This document shows, in pieces, positions 1-9,489 of a stretch of DNA of 64,000 bases. Under the pieces are notes generated by a model. That model had not been told where the DNA came from. It worked only from the letters and a program-made list of their open reading frames with translations, and did no database searches. Position 1 is the stretch's first letter; the number at the start of each line of letters is the position of its first letter. The DNA comes from an uncultured Aestuariivita sp. (GTDB taxonomy: Bacteria > Pseudomonadota > Alphaproteobacteria > Rhodobacterales > Rhodobacteraceae): the NCBI GenBank assembly GCA_964402685.1, contig CAYODE010000002.1, forward strand, positions 10,014 to 74,013, read 5' to 3'. The position numbers were made by a program, and so were the translations under genes.

Positions 1-489
1 GCGCACCCGCGACCGCGCATAGTTGGATACATAAAGCTGATCGAAAGTCGCGTCGGGCGACAACATATGCACGACCATCATCAGGTCAGGCGACGACTTG
101 GTTGTCGTGACGCCCAACGCACGGACTTCTTCCGGCAGACGTGGCTCGGCAACTGAAACGCGGTTTTGCACCAACACTTGAGCCGCATCGAGGTCGGTAC
201 CAAGCTCGAACGTAATGGTCAGCGCCATCGATCCATCTGCGGTCGAATACGAAGACATGTAAAGCATGTCTTCGACCCCGTTAATCTCTTGTTCCAATGG
301 GGTCGCAACTGTCTCTGCCACAGTTACGGCGTCGGCACCAGGATAGCTCGCACGCACAACAATCGAAGGAGGGGCAATTTCCGGGTACTGTTCGACCGGT
401 AGCTCGAAATAGGCAAGCAAACCAACGATAGTCGTGACAACCGCGACGACAATGGCAAAGACCGGGCGGGTGACAAAGAAGCGCCCCAT
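1..489 (-). CDS. RND efflux transporter permease (AcrB/MexB family), N-terminal part; runs off the window edge
   Basis: Manual translation from ATG at 489: MGRFFVTRPVFAIVVAVV...LPVEQYPEIAPPSIVVRASYPGADA...PLEQEINGVEDMLYMSS, the canonical AcrB N-terminus. It lies directly downstream of an MFP gene. Confidence 0.95.
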   Translation of the reverse strand, partial: MGRFFVTRPVFAIVVAVVTTIVGLLAYFELPVEQYPEIAPPSIVVRASYPGADAVTVAETVATPLEQEINGVEDMLYMSSYSTADGSMALTITFELGTDLDAAQVLVQNRVSVAEPRLPEEVRALGVTTTKSSPDLMMVVHMLSPDATFDQLYVSNYARSRVR

Positions 490-490
490 A

Positions 491-1615
491 TCAGTTTGCC
501 GCGACTGGTGGCAATTCAACCAACTCCGGGCTGACCACTGCCCCGGGTCTAGCGCGCAGCAATCCTTCGATCACGATTACTTCTGAACCATCCAAACCCT
601 CGCGTACCACACGATACCCGTCGATGCGGGGCCCGGGCCGGATGGGCATGGGGGTCACGTTACCGTCTGCATCAACTGTCATCACTAGTCGGCGGTTTTG
701 GTCTGACACGATGGCCGCGTCGGGGATGAGAATACCCTCGTAAGGCAAAGAGCCCGGCACGTTGATCCGACCAAAGAGTCCCGGGGTCAAAATTTCGGAC
801 GGATTATCAAGCACGGCGCGCACCCGCATCGTGCCGGTTTCTTCGTCTATTCGGTTTTCCGAAAAATCGAGGTAACCAGAAACGGGCGGCACCCGGCTGT
901 CGGTTACCCGGACCTGGACCTCAAGTCCATTCGCGCCCTCTTGCAAGACCGAACCACGCGCACGGGCATCACGCGAGTAAGCGAGGAAAAACCGTTCATC
1001 AATGTCGAAGAAAAAGTAAATCGGGTCCGTCGCAACAATAGACGTCAATTCCGTCTGGTTGGTTGTGACAAGGTTGCCGGGATCAACAAGCGTCCTGTCT
1101 ATGCGGCCAGACATGGGCGCTCGGATCTCGGAATACTCAAGGTCAAGCTCCGCCAGCTCTAACGCGGCCCGCGCTTGCTCCAAGCCCCCCTGAGCCGCTA
1201 GAAATGCTTCGCGCCGCTCATCCACTACGCTTTGCGGGATTGTACCGTTACCGACAAGAGCCTCAGCGCGCTCCAGTTGTTCCCGCGTGAATTCTTCCGT
1301 CGCCTCGGCAATGCCGATTTGCGCACGCGCCTGTCGCAACGCTGTACGAAACTGTCTTTGGTCAATCGTGAAAAGCAGTTGGCCTTCTTCGACACGGCTG
1401 CCATCGGTGAAGTGGACTTCGTCAAGAAATCCAGACACCCGAGATCGCACCACAACTTCCGCGGACGCACCGAACCGGCCCACAAATTCATCGTCCTCGA
1501 CGATCTCTTTGACCACTGGGCGTGCAGCTGTAACTGGTGGTGGGCTATTTTGCGCGGACGAAAGAGTTGGCAGCAACAGAAGAACTAGACCAAAAACAAT
1601 ACGCATACGGCACAC
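491..1615 (-). CDS. RND efflux periplasmic adaptor (membrane fusion protein)
   Basis: Signal peptide, lipoyl-like halves (VRSRVSGFL...V.EGQLLFTID; IRAPMSGRI...VDPGNLV), coiled-coil hairpin and TGTMRVRA motif. The true start may be the ATG at 1606. Confidence 0.95.
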   Translation of the reverse strand: MCRMRIVFGLVLLLLPTLSSAQNSPPPVTAARPVVKEIVEDDEFVGRFGASAEVVVRSRVSGFLDEVHFTDGSRVEEGQLLFTIDQRQFRTALRQARAQIGIAEATEEFTREQLERAEALVGNGTIPQSVVDERREAFLAAQGGLEQARAALELAELDLEYSEIRAPMSGRIDRTLVDPGNLVTTNQTELTSIVATDPIYFFFDIDERFFLAYSRDARARGSVLQEGANGLEVQVRVTDSRVPPVSGYLDFSENRIDEETGTMRVRAVLDNPSEILTPGLFGRINVPGSLPYEGILIPDAAIVSDQNRRLVMTVDADGNVTPMPIRPGPRIDGYRVVREGLDGSEVIVIEGLLRARPGAVVSPELVELPPVAAN

Positions 1616-1663
1616 CTTGAAGTTCCGAGCATCATGCTCTCAGAGTTCAACTATAGATCGTAT

Positions 1664-1683
1664 ATGACAGTTTGCCATGTCAT
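1664..1683. promoter_or_regulatory. Putative TetR-type operator upstream of the RND operon
   Basis: Inverted repeat ATGACA-N8-TGTCAT in the divergent RND/cyclase intergenic region. A second palindrome GAGCAT-C-ATGCTC lies at 1627-1639. Confidence 0.45.
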
Positions 1684-1793
1684 GACCGAAGCTTCCCTCG
1701 GTTTTAGTTTGTGTTTGCTTAAACAAGCGACGTCACAGATGGTTTTCGTGGCACTCCGATTTACGTTTAAAATCAACCATGCGGGAGGGTTGA

Positions 1794-3131
1794 GTGACCA
1801 GCGGTTCCGAAGAAACGTTTGCAACCGAATCCGCTTCGCGACTGACCCAAGCTGAACAAACCGGTCTGCGTCTGGCTTTGGGCTGCCGCTCGGCAATAAC
1901 AGGCGCGGCATTCGTCTGGTACATCGCCGCCGCCTTCCTGTTCCCAGAGATTTCGCCGCGTATTGTGACAATCGCCGTACTTCTTGGATTTACGGCTTTG
2001 GGTGTTGCACATCTCATAATCATCGGCACACCCTACGACCGGCCATGGATCAAATTTGCAATTTATGGCCTGGATGTCCTCGCGATCTGCGCGGCTTTCG
2101 CATTGGTGCCCATCAGCCGGGCCGATGACGTCCCGCAGATCATCGCCTTCAGGGCCTATGGTATCTATTTTCTGTTCCCAGTGTTGGCCATGGCGTGTCT
2201 GAGCCTGTCTTGGCGCCTTGTGCTTTGGACAGGTGGCATGATCATTATTGGGTGGTGGGCTGCATTTGCCTGGGTTGCGACGCAAATGGACAGCTTTTTG
2301 TCATGGGCCGACATGCCTGCAGCCGCCAGCAGGGTGGATTACGAGGATGTCTTCCTCTCCATCGATTTCATCGGTCGTGGAAACCGCATCGAAGAAACGG
2401 GAATGATCTTTTTTGCAACTTTGGCCCTGGCGGCGGCTGTCTACCGGGCGCGCGCCGTATTTTTTGCGCAAGTGGCAGCAGATATGGAGAGACAGCGTGA
2501 AAAGTCGCTGCGTGAGCGTGTATCGGGCCTGCTTGGCAAATACGTGCCGGAAGCAGTTGCGGAACGCCTTATCGCAAACGAAGCGCCACTTCGCCCACAC
2601 CGAAGCCGAGGAACTGCGTTGGTCATGGACGTCGCCGGGTTCACCGCGTTTTCGGCGCACCGCGACCCGGAGGACGTCGTCAAGACGCTGGACCGTCTCC
2701 TATCAGATGCAACTCGCGTCGTGTCCGAAAACGGTGGCGTTGTTCTATCCTACCTTGGCGACGGCTTTCTCGCCACTTTCAACGCACCGGTTGAAATCAA
2801 AAATCCCGAAAGTGCAGCCGTTGAAACCGCTCAAAGCCTGATGCATATCGCGAAAGTCCACGGCTTCAGATTTCGGGTTGGCATAGCAACCGGGGATCTC
2901 GTGACCGGAGTCATCGGGAACGAGACGCGGCAGTCTTTTACCGTGTATGGCAACACCGTAAATCTGGCGTCTCGACTTGAAAGTATGGGCAAGGATTTCA
3001 ACGCCTCCATCATGCTCGATGAATCGACCCGACAGGCCATTCCAACGTCAATCAAGTTGAATGATCTGGGTAACTTATCAATTCGTGGTTTTGAGAAACC
3101 ACTGGCCGTGTACTCGGTGGCGGACAGGTAG
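1794..3131 (+). CDS. Membrane-anchored class III adenylate/guanylate cyclase
   Basis: About six N-terminal hydrophobic helices, then a cyclase domain with MDVAGFT, YLGDG, RVGIATG and VYGNTVNLASRLE motifs. Confidence 0.9.
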   Translation: MTSGSEETFATESASRLTQAEQTGLRLALGCRSAITGAAFVWYIAAAFLFPEISPRIVTIAVLLGFTALGVAHLIIIGTPYDRPWIKFAIYGLDVLAICAAFALVPISRADDVPQIIAFRAYGIYFLFPVLAMACLSLSWRLVLWTGGMIIIGWWAAFAWVATQMDSFLSWADMPAAASRVDYEDVFLSIDFIGRGNRIEETGMIFFATLALAAAVYRARAVFFAQVAADMERQREKSLRERVSGLLGKYVPEAVAERLIANEAPLRPHRSRGTALVMDVAGFTAFSAHRDPEDVVKTLDRLLSDATRVVSENGGVVLSYLGDGFLATFNAPVEIKNPESAAVETAQSLMHIAKVHGFRFRVGIATGDLVTGVIGNETRQSFTVYGNTVNLASRLESMGKDFNASIMLDESTRQAIPTSIKLNDLGNLSIRGFEKPLAVYSVADR

Positions 3132-3300
3132 AGATCAAAACTTTGAGGGATCTCGCGCAGCGCATTTTCGCTACGAGGCGAAACTCGTCGGACTATTGGT
3201 TCCAGTAACTTCGTTCAAAGGGTAATCAAACCAAGCTGCAGTCTTGCGGATCAGCTTGGGCCACGGCAGGTTGGCATGGGGGTTCAACAAGGGGCATAGC

Positions 3301-4668
3301 ATGGGTTGGGAAAACTATTTGGACACACATCAGCGGCGCTTTGTCGATGAGCTCTGCGAATTCATCCGCATTCCGTCCGTTTCAGCCAAACCTGAAAATG
3401 CGGGCGACGTTCGGAAAGCTGGCCATTGGGTCGTAGATCGGCTCACAGCGGCGGGCATAGAGAATGCCCAAATGTTCGACACCGCCGGGCATCCGGTTGT
3501 TTGCGCGGACTGGCTTCACGCAGGCGCAGACAAACCCACGATCCTGATCTATGGCCATTTCGACGTGCAGCCAGCGGAACCCTTTGATCTATGGTCTTCG
3601 CCACCGTTCGAGCCGACAATCCGGGGCGAGCGGATCTATGGGCGTGGTGCGACAGATGACAAGGGCGCGATGATGATCCCGATCCTTGCTGCGGAAGCGC
3701 TGCTCGCCGAAACGGGGCAGTTGCCAATAAACGTAAGGTTCTTCTTTGAAGGGCAGGAGGAGATTGGATCCCCAGATCTGCCGCCGTTCATCGAAGCCAA
3801 TCTCGACCGGTTGCAAGCCGATATGATCTTTTCGGCCGATGGCAGCCAGTGGGACCCTGAAACGCCACAGATGGTTCTGGGTTTGAAGGGCCTCACTTCT
3901 CTCGAAATCACGGTGACGGGTGCCAAATCCGACCTGCATTCCGGTATGCATGGCGGCGGCGTTGCCAATCCGGGACTAGCACTTGCGCATTTGCTGGCGA
4001 GCATGAAGTCACCTGACGGTTACATCACGATTGACGGGTTCTATGATGACGTTGTTGACCTGACTGCCGAAGACCGGGAAGCCATCGCGCGTGTTCCTTG
4101 GGACGAAACGGCTTATCTTGCCCAAACCGGCGCGCCTGCTACGCATGGCGAACCAGGATTCACCACCCGTGAAAACCTGTGGGCGCGCCCAACATTCGAA
4201 GTGAATGGATTGACAAGTGGATGGCAGGGTGCAGGTACCAAAACAGTGTTACCATCCGTTGCTTCGGCCAAGATCACATGTCGGCTGGTGGCGAACCAAA
4301 ACCCCGAAAAGGTTTTTGATCTGATCGCGGCTCATGTCGACGCACATTGTCCGCCGGGCGTGACCGCAGAGGTCTCAAGGAACCCCGGACGCGCCGATCC
4401 CTTCCTGGTTCCGACAGGCCACAATGCGACCGCAATAGCCGGTCAGGTGTTGGAAGAAGTCTATGGCAAAGCGCCTCACAAAACCCGGGTCGGCGGCTCT
4501 ATTCCCGTCATGTCGACGCTTCTTGATCAACTGGGTCTTCATGCGGTGATGTTTGCTTTTGGACACGAAGACGAGAACCAACATGCCCCTGACGAGTTCT
4601 TTCGTCTTCCGACCTTTAGATTGGGACAAACTGCGTATGCGCGACTGATGGAACGGCTCGCGGGTTAA
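3301..4668 (+). CDS. M20 family metallo-dipeptidase (ArgE/DapE-like)
   Basis: YGHFDVQP, RGATDDKG, EEIGS, DLHSG, GGSIP and HAPDE motifs. ATG at 3301 follows AAGGGG. Confidence 0.92.
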   Translation: MGWENYLDTHQRRFVDELCEFIRIPSVSAKPENAGDVRKAGHWVVDRLTAAGIENAQMFDTAGHPVVCADWLHAGADKPTILIYGHFDVQPAEPFDLWSSPPFEPTIRGERIYGRGATDDKGAMMIPILAAEALLAETGQLPINVRFFFEGQEEIGSPDLPPFIEANLDRLQADMIFSADGSQWDPETPQMVLGLKGLTSLEITVTGAKSDLHSGMHGGGVANPGLALAHLLASMKSPDGYITIDGFYDDVVDLTAEDREAIARVPWDETAYLAQTGAPATHGEPGFTTRENLWARPTFEVNGLTSGWQGAGTKTVLPSVASAKITCRLVANQNPEKVFDLIAAHVDAHCPPGVTAEVSRNPGRADPFLVPTGHNATAIAGQVLEEVYGKAPHKTRVGGSIPVMSTLLDQLGLHAVMFAFGHEDENQHAPDEFFRLPTFRLGQTAYARLMERLAG

Positions 4669-4768
4669 GCCTGACCCTAACCAAAAATTACCCTTTTTGT
4701 TTCAGACTGTTGCCCAGTTCTGGTCACGGAGGAATGCCTTAATCCCGGGTAGAGGAGGACTGGTTTCC

Positions 4769-4885
4769 ATGACGTTACTGACTGCAAGACAGCTTCTGAC
4801 CAGAAAGAGCTTCGACCGGAGCAACCGCTGGCTACCTTGGTTGCCATCCGGCGTGTATTCGTGGTCTCGCGCCAGCCAAAGATAG
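4769..4885 (+). CDS. Putative 38-aa small ORF
   Basis: Strong SD (AGAGGAGG, 4751-4758) upstream of ATG 4769. Translation MTLLTARQLLTRKSFDRSNRWLPWLPSGVYSWSRASQR; no family recognised. Confidence 0.3.
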   Translation: MTLLTARQLLTRKSFDRSNRWLPWLPSGVYSWSRASQR

Positions 4886-4944
4886 AGCCGGATTGCCCTG
4901 ACAGTCCGGCCTGCACATCGTGTATCTGGATGATCGGCCCTGGC

Positions 4945-5853
4945 TTAGGCGGCGGTTGTTGGCTGATGCTTGCTCAATACGCCGGACGCGAAGAAAACTC
5001 CGACAGCGACCAGCATGACGCCGAGGACTTTCAAAGGTGTGACCGTTTCCCCCAGAAACGCGACCCCGCCTAACAAAGCCAGTATGGGCGTCAGCGCACC
5101 AAACGCCGCCGTCTCAGCCGCGCCCAAAATACGAACAGCGTAACCGAACAAGAACATTGCAAGGATACCGATCACGAAAGCCTGCAGGACCGTCATGACT
5201 ACGATATCAGTCAAACTGGCTGTTTCGAACCGCACGTTTCCCGTGGCAAACAAGATTGGCGTACCGATCAAGGCCCCCCAAAAGAGCCCAATAACCAGCC
5301 CATGCATCGCGCTTAACCCGCTTTGACGAAAGATCACGGAATAAATCGCCCAGAACCCAGATCCCACCAGAAATAGCAGGTGCCCTGTGGTGGCTCCGCT
5401 ATCTGAACCGGCGAGTATCTCCCACAGGCTGACGATCAATGCGCCGCTCAAAATCATCGCAAGCCCGATGCGACGCCGCGGTCCGGGCACTTCCCCCGCC
5501 AACGCGTAGGCGGCCAAAGCCGTCCAAAACGGCAACATTCCCGGCGCAAGCGCACCCGCATCTGAAGCAGGCGCGTAAGCCAACCCAGTGGACACTACGA
5601 AAGGGAAGACCGCGCTTGCCCCTATCATCAGGATGCCTGCGCGCAGCCATGATAATCGCGGAGGCAACACGCCCAATCGCCACATAATCGGCGCCATGAC
5701 GATAGCACCCGGGATCAAGCGCAGTACCAATAACTCTTCAACAGTGAAACTGCCTTGCACGGCGAAGCGGGTCGTGAGTATGAAAACAGCCCAGATCGTA
5801 ACTGTTGCAATCGCAGCGGCGAGTCCAACGGCACGTGTGTGTGATAGAGCCAT
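4945..5853 (-). CDS. DMT/EamA family transporter
   Basis: 302 aa, about 10 TM helices in two EamA repeats (TIWA, LRL, P.WT, GE...R..G, LTP...LGE). Confidence 0.92.
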   Translation of the reverse strand: MALSHTRAVGLAAAIATVTIWAVFILTTRFAVQGSFTVEELLVLRLIPGAIVMAPIMWRLGVLPPRLSWLRAGILMIGASAVFPFVVSTGLAYAPASDAGALAPGMLPFWTALAAYALAGEVPGPRRRIGLAMILSGALIVSLWEILAGSDSGATTGHLLFLVGSGFWAIYSVIFRQSGLSAMHGLVIGLFWGALIGTPILFATGNVRFETASLTDIVVMTVLQAFVIGILAMFLFGYAVRILGAAETAAFGALTPILALLGGVAFLGETVTPLKVLGVMLVAVGVFFASGVLSKHQPTTAA

Positions 5854-5958
5854 GGATCGACCTTTTTGCTGGTTGCGGCAGGTTGCTTTGCGACTTAACC
5901 CGGTGTGTTCCGCCGCGCTAGGTGAAACGTACCAGGCGTCCTCAAAGTCAATATGACC

Positions 5959-7335
5959 TCAACCTGCCCAGTCGTTTTGACGCAGCACGGACCGAAAGCG
6001 TAACAAAGCCTCTTCTAGCGCAACCTCACTGAGCGGGCCGCCGAGGCAAACACGCAGACGTTCTTCGGGGTTTCCATTCACCGTAAACACATCGCTGGGC
6101 ATCACACCCAACGGTCCGCCCGCCGCCCGGGACAGGATTTCCGCCCGGGACACCCCGTCAGGTGCCTTGAGCCAGATATTGAACGCTTCATCTTGCGCTG
6201 CGTAGTCGAAGGCATCAAAGACACGCGCTGCGATATCTTGGCGCCGTTTTGCTGAACGTCTGACATCGGCCAGAATTGCTTCGGCTGTTCCCTCTTCGAT
6301 CCACGTGCTCAACAGCGCGAGGTTAAGCGGAGACGTCATGACACTGATCGTCCGAATAGCCTGCACAAATTGTGAAAGCTTCTCACGATTTGGGGGCGAC
6401 GCGTAAGCAAGACGAAGGCCCGCCCCAAATGCTTTCGAAATGCCCAGAATGTGCCAGGCCAAATCCGGGACAAGTTCGGAAATAGGCCGCGGCGCGTCAG
6501 TCACGATAAGCCCGTACGCATCATCCTCAATCAGCTGCATGGTATTGCTCCGCAGGACCTCTGCGATCTCGCGCCTTCGGTCAGCGGGCATAGTATGTGT
6601 CGATGGGTTGCGCAGCGTAGGGTTGAGATACAAAACCGCGCCCGGATGCGCATTGGCAGCTTGCTCCAAAGCGACTGGTGTGATGCCCTTTTCGTCTTCC
6701 TCCAATGGCACAAGCTCTAGGGAAAGCTGCGATGCAATTGCGCGTATTCCTGGATAGGTCACTGGCTCGCACAGCACGACCGTTTGCGACGATCGGACAA
6801 CCATCAGTGCCGCGTGGATCGCAGAATGCGCCCCGGGCGTGATCGTCAGGGTGTCAGCAGACGATTGATATCCCTTTGAATGCAACCAATCCAAAGACAT
6901 CTCCCTATCTTTGGTGCTTCCAGTTGCAGATTGATAGCGGAGAAGGGCCACAATGTTTGATGCAACATGGTCCAATCCGCGCTGCATACGTTCAATGAGG
7001 GCTGGATTTTCGATTTCTGGCGGCATGTTCATACGCGGATCTTCTTCAAGCGTGCGGCGCGGATCCGGACCCTGTCTGTCAGGTTTGCTTTCACTGACAA
7101 AAGTGCCCCTACCAACATGACTCTCTACGTAACCACGCCTTGCCGCCTCGGTATATGCACGCGAAATCAGGGATATATCAGCATCAATAGCCTTCGCCAC
7201 CTTGCGTTGCGGCGGCAAACGATCACCAGGTTTTAAACGACCGGACGCGATGTCCTCACCGATTGCGAGGGCCAACTCGATGTATTTTGGCCGACCTGTG
7301 TCACGAATCGCTGGCAGCCATTCAATGGGTTTCAT
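5959..7335 (-). CDS. MocR/GabR family regulator (GntR wHTH plus PLP aminotransferase domain)
   Basis: PGDRLPPQRK...GRGTFV wHTH; EPVTYPG, NPS, IEDDAY, ISKAFGAGLRLAY with the PLP lysine retained. Confidence 0.93.
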   Translation of the reverse strand: MKPIEWLPAIRDTGRPKYIELALAIGEDIASGRLKPGDRLPPQRKVAKAIDADISLISRAYTEAARRGYVESHVGRGTFVSESKPDRQGPDPRRTLEEDPRMNMPPEIENPALIERMQRGLDHVASNIVALLRYQSATGSTKDREMSLDWLHSKGYQSSADTLTITPGAHSAIHAALMVVRSSQTVVLCEPVTYPGIRAIASQLSLELVPLEEDEKGITPVALEQAANAHPGAVLYLNPTLRNPSTHTMPADRRREIAEVLRSNTMQLIEDDAYGLIVTDAPRPISELVPDLAWHILGISKAFGAGLRLAYASPPNREKLSQFVQAIRTISVMTSPLNLALLSTWIEEGTAEAILADVRRSAKRRQDIAARVFDAFDYAAQDEAFNIWLKAPDGVSRAEILSRAAGGPLGVMPSDVFTVNGNPEERLRVCLGGPLSEVALEEALLRFRSVLRQNDWAG

Positions 7336-7397
7336 CGCATCCTCGCCCTGTCTTCTACTGCTCGTATTGATCCATGAAATTAGGCGTTTAGCGTGCC

Positions 7398-7448
7398 AAT
7401 TGCAAGCATTACAATTTTTTATTTGACTTCAAATTGAATGCATACAAT
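7398..7448. promoter_or_regulatory. Two ATTG...CAAT boxes, candidate MocR binding sites
   Basis: AATTG-CAAGCATTA-CAATT (7398-7416) and ATTGAATGCATACAAT (7433-7448) in the AT-rich divergent promoter region, flanking a TTGACT -35-like hexamer. Confidence 0.5.
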
Positions 7449-7617
7449 AAGTACATTGCCTGAGGGCAAAACCACGGATCCGCTAATCAAAGGATCCAAT
7501 CCAATTAGAAAGCGGACACGATCCGATGAACCCGCGGCCCGCGAGGCCGCCAACAGAGAGGTCTTGCCGGACGACACAATGTCTTTGTGCCGCTGCGACT
7601 AAGGAAAGGAAAAAACG

Positions 7618-8481
7618 ATGACAAAACCACACACCCACCACCATCACACCGGATGCACCCATACAGACGAGGATGTTGATCTTGGCCGCCGCAATGTGCT
7701 GGCCGGTGTTGCCGCTGCGGGCGCAGCCGGCGCCGCTTCTGTCGCGGGCTCGCAAGTGCACGCTGCAACAGACGAAGCGAAAGCCGCGTACGCTGACCCG
7801 GAGAACCCGGCGCTACCAGATATGGACATGGACATCGACCCAGAGCGCACCGCACTTGTGGTCGTCGATCCTCAAGTCGATTTCCTTGACCCCGATGGCG
7901 TCGCATGGGGCGTTGTTGGAGAAAGCGTCAGCGAACAAGGCGTCGTAGACAATCTGGAGCGCCTGTTTATTGCCGCAAAAGGCGCCGATATGCCTGTCGT
8001 GGTATCCCCACACTACTACTACCCCCAGGACCACAAGTGGAAGTTCGAAGGAACACTTGAACGGGTCATGCATGGTATCAAAATGTTCGATCGCAAGGAT
8101 CCGCTGGACTTGGAGGACTTTGAAGGCTCCGGAGCCGACTGGATGCCGCAATACAAAAAATATATCAACGACGGCAAAACCATCGTTTGCTCACCTCACA
8201 AGGTGTACGGCCCTGAGCAGAATGATTTGGTACTCCAGCTTCGTAAGATCGGTATCGACAAGGTGATCCTTGCAGGCATGTCGGCCAACCTCTGTGTCGA
8301 AAGCCATATGCGCGAGCTGCTGGAGACCGGATTTGAAGTCGCCGTCGTACGTGATGCGACCGCAGGCGCGAAGGTTCCGGAAGGTGACGGATACCTCGCC
8401 GCCCTGATCAACTTCCGCATGATCGCCAACGCTGTCTGGTGGACGGACGAAGCCGTTGAGCGCATCGGCAATTCCGCATGA
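7618..8481 (+). CDS. Isochorismatase-family cysteine hydrolase with Tat signal peptide
   Basis: GRRNVLAG twin-arginine signal with a VHA cleavage-like site; catalytic D (VVDPQ), K (PHKVY) and C (SANLCVESHMR). SD AAGGAAAGGA. Confidence 0.88.
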   Translation: MTKPHTHHHHTGCTHTDEDVDLGRRNVLAGVAAAGAAGAASVAGSQVHAATDEAKAAYADPENPALPDMDMDIDPERTALVVVDPQVDFLDPDGVAWGVVGESVSEQGVVDNLERLFIAAKGADMPVVVSPHYYYPQDHKWKFEGTLERVMHGIKMFDRKDPLDLEDFEGSGADWMPQYKKYINDGKTIVCSPHKVYGPEQNDLVLQLRKIGIDKVILAGMSANLCVESHMRELLETGFEVAVVRDATAGAKVPEGDGYLAALINFRMIANAVWWTDEAVERIGNSA

Positions 8482-8531
8482 GCGCTGCCATGAAATATCA
8501 CCGCTACACCTTGTTTGAGGGGATTTTTACA

Positions 8532-9011
8532 ATGAGAACTTCACTGTTTTTGCGGGCTCTCGCCATGTCAGCCGCCATTTCGACCAGTGCGTTTGCCGCA
8601 GACGAATACAATGTCGGGAACGGTCTGACACTGAACGGCAACCCGCTGGGCATGCACGGTGTCGATCCCGTTTCGATGTTCCAACAGAGTGCGCCAGCGA
8701 CCGGGGACGCCGTCTTTACGTCTACGTATGACGGCGTCGATTACTATTTCTCGTCTGCCGCCGCGCAAGCAAACTTCGACGCGGCGCCCGAGAAGTACCT
8801 TCCCCAATTTGGCGGGTTCTGCGCTTTCGGAGTCTTCGTCGGTAAGAAGCTTGATGGCGACGTGCGCTATGCGGATATCGTCGAGGGGAAGCTCTATCTT
8901 TTCGTCAACGCCACAATCCTGGAGAAATACCGCGAAGATCCCCAAGCGGTTATCGCGGGCGCCAACGCCAAATGGCCCGAGCTTGAGAACGCGCGCGTTT
9001 CAGCCCTTTGA
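8532..9011 (+). CDS. Secreted YHS-domain protein (YHS (seleno)protein family, Cys form)
   Basis: Signal peptide ending AFA; G.DPVS, YYFSS...F...PEKYLPQFGGFCAFG, GKLYL and A...W motifs. Confidence 0.88.
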   Translation: MRTSLFLRALAMSAAISTSAFAADEYNVGNGLTLNGNPLGMHGVDPVSMFQQSAPATGDAVFTSTYDGVDYYFSSAAAQANFDAAPEKYLPQFGGFCAFGVFVGKKLDGDVRYADIVEGKLYLFVNATILEKYREDPQAVIAGANAKWPELENARVSAL

Positions 9012-9123
9012 TTTTGCTTGAAAACCTGTGTCGGCGCGTTCCTTGAACCGCGTCGCCACACGGCTACGAGCGTATCAGATCCGGCCCGACGACAGATTTC
9101 ACAAACTCAAACAGAGAAATTCG

Positions 9124-9489
9124 ATGTCAGATACAGACACTAGAAACACAAAGCTCTCGCTCCGCCGTGGCGTGCAAAGGCGCTGCCCGCGTTGTGGGAA
9201 GGGCCACGTCTTCAAAGGTTACCTAACGGTCGCAGATAGTTGCGATGTGTGCGGGTTGGACTTTACGCCACAACGTGCCGACGACGGACCTGCGTACCTT
9301 ACGATTTTATTCGTGGGCCATTTGCTGGTTCCTGGACTACACCTTGCCTACGCCTTCGGTGAGCCCCATCCGGCGATGGTCGCTGGTTTTCTTTCAGCCC
9401 TCGCGATCTCTCTCAGCCTGTTTCTGTTGCCTCGCATCAAAGGCGCACTCATCAACTACCAATGGGCCAAACAGCTTCATGGATTTTAG
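9124..9489 (+). CDS. DUF983 family Zn-ribbon membrane protein
   Basis: RCPRCGKGHVFKGYL...CDVCG...ADDGPAY...LLPRIKG...QWA...HGF signature. Confidence 0.9.
   Translation: MSDTDTRNTKLSLRRGVQRRCPRCGKGHVFKGYLTVADSCDVCGLDFTPQRADDGPAYLTILFVGHLLVPGLHLAYAFGEPHPAMVAGFLSALAISLSLFLLPRIKGALINYQWAKQLHGF

Noticed and set aside
3217-4696. 10-bp inverted repeat AAAGGGTAAT (3217-3226) / ATTACCCTTT (4687-4696) flanking the M20 peptidase, suggesting an invertible or mobile cassette
   Set aside because: It does not extend in either direction, there is no target-site duplication or nearby recombinase, and it is compatible with chance.
8532-9011. Possible selenoprotein (YHS family)
   Set aside because: The relevant position is a Cys codon (GGFC) and there is no in-frame TGA.
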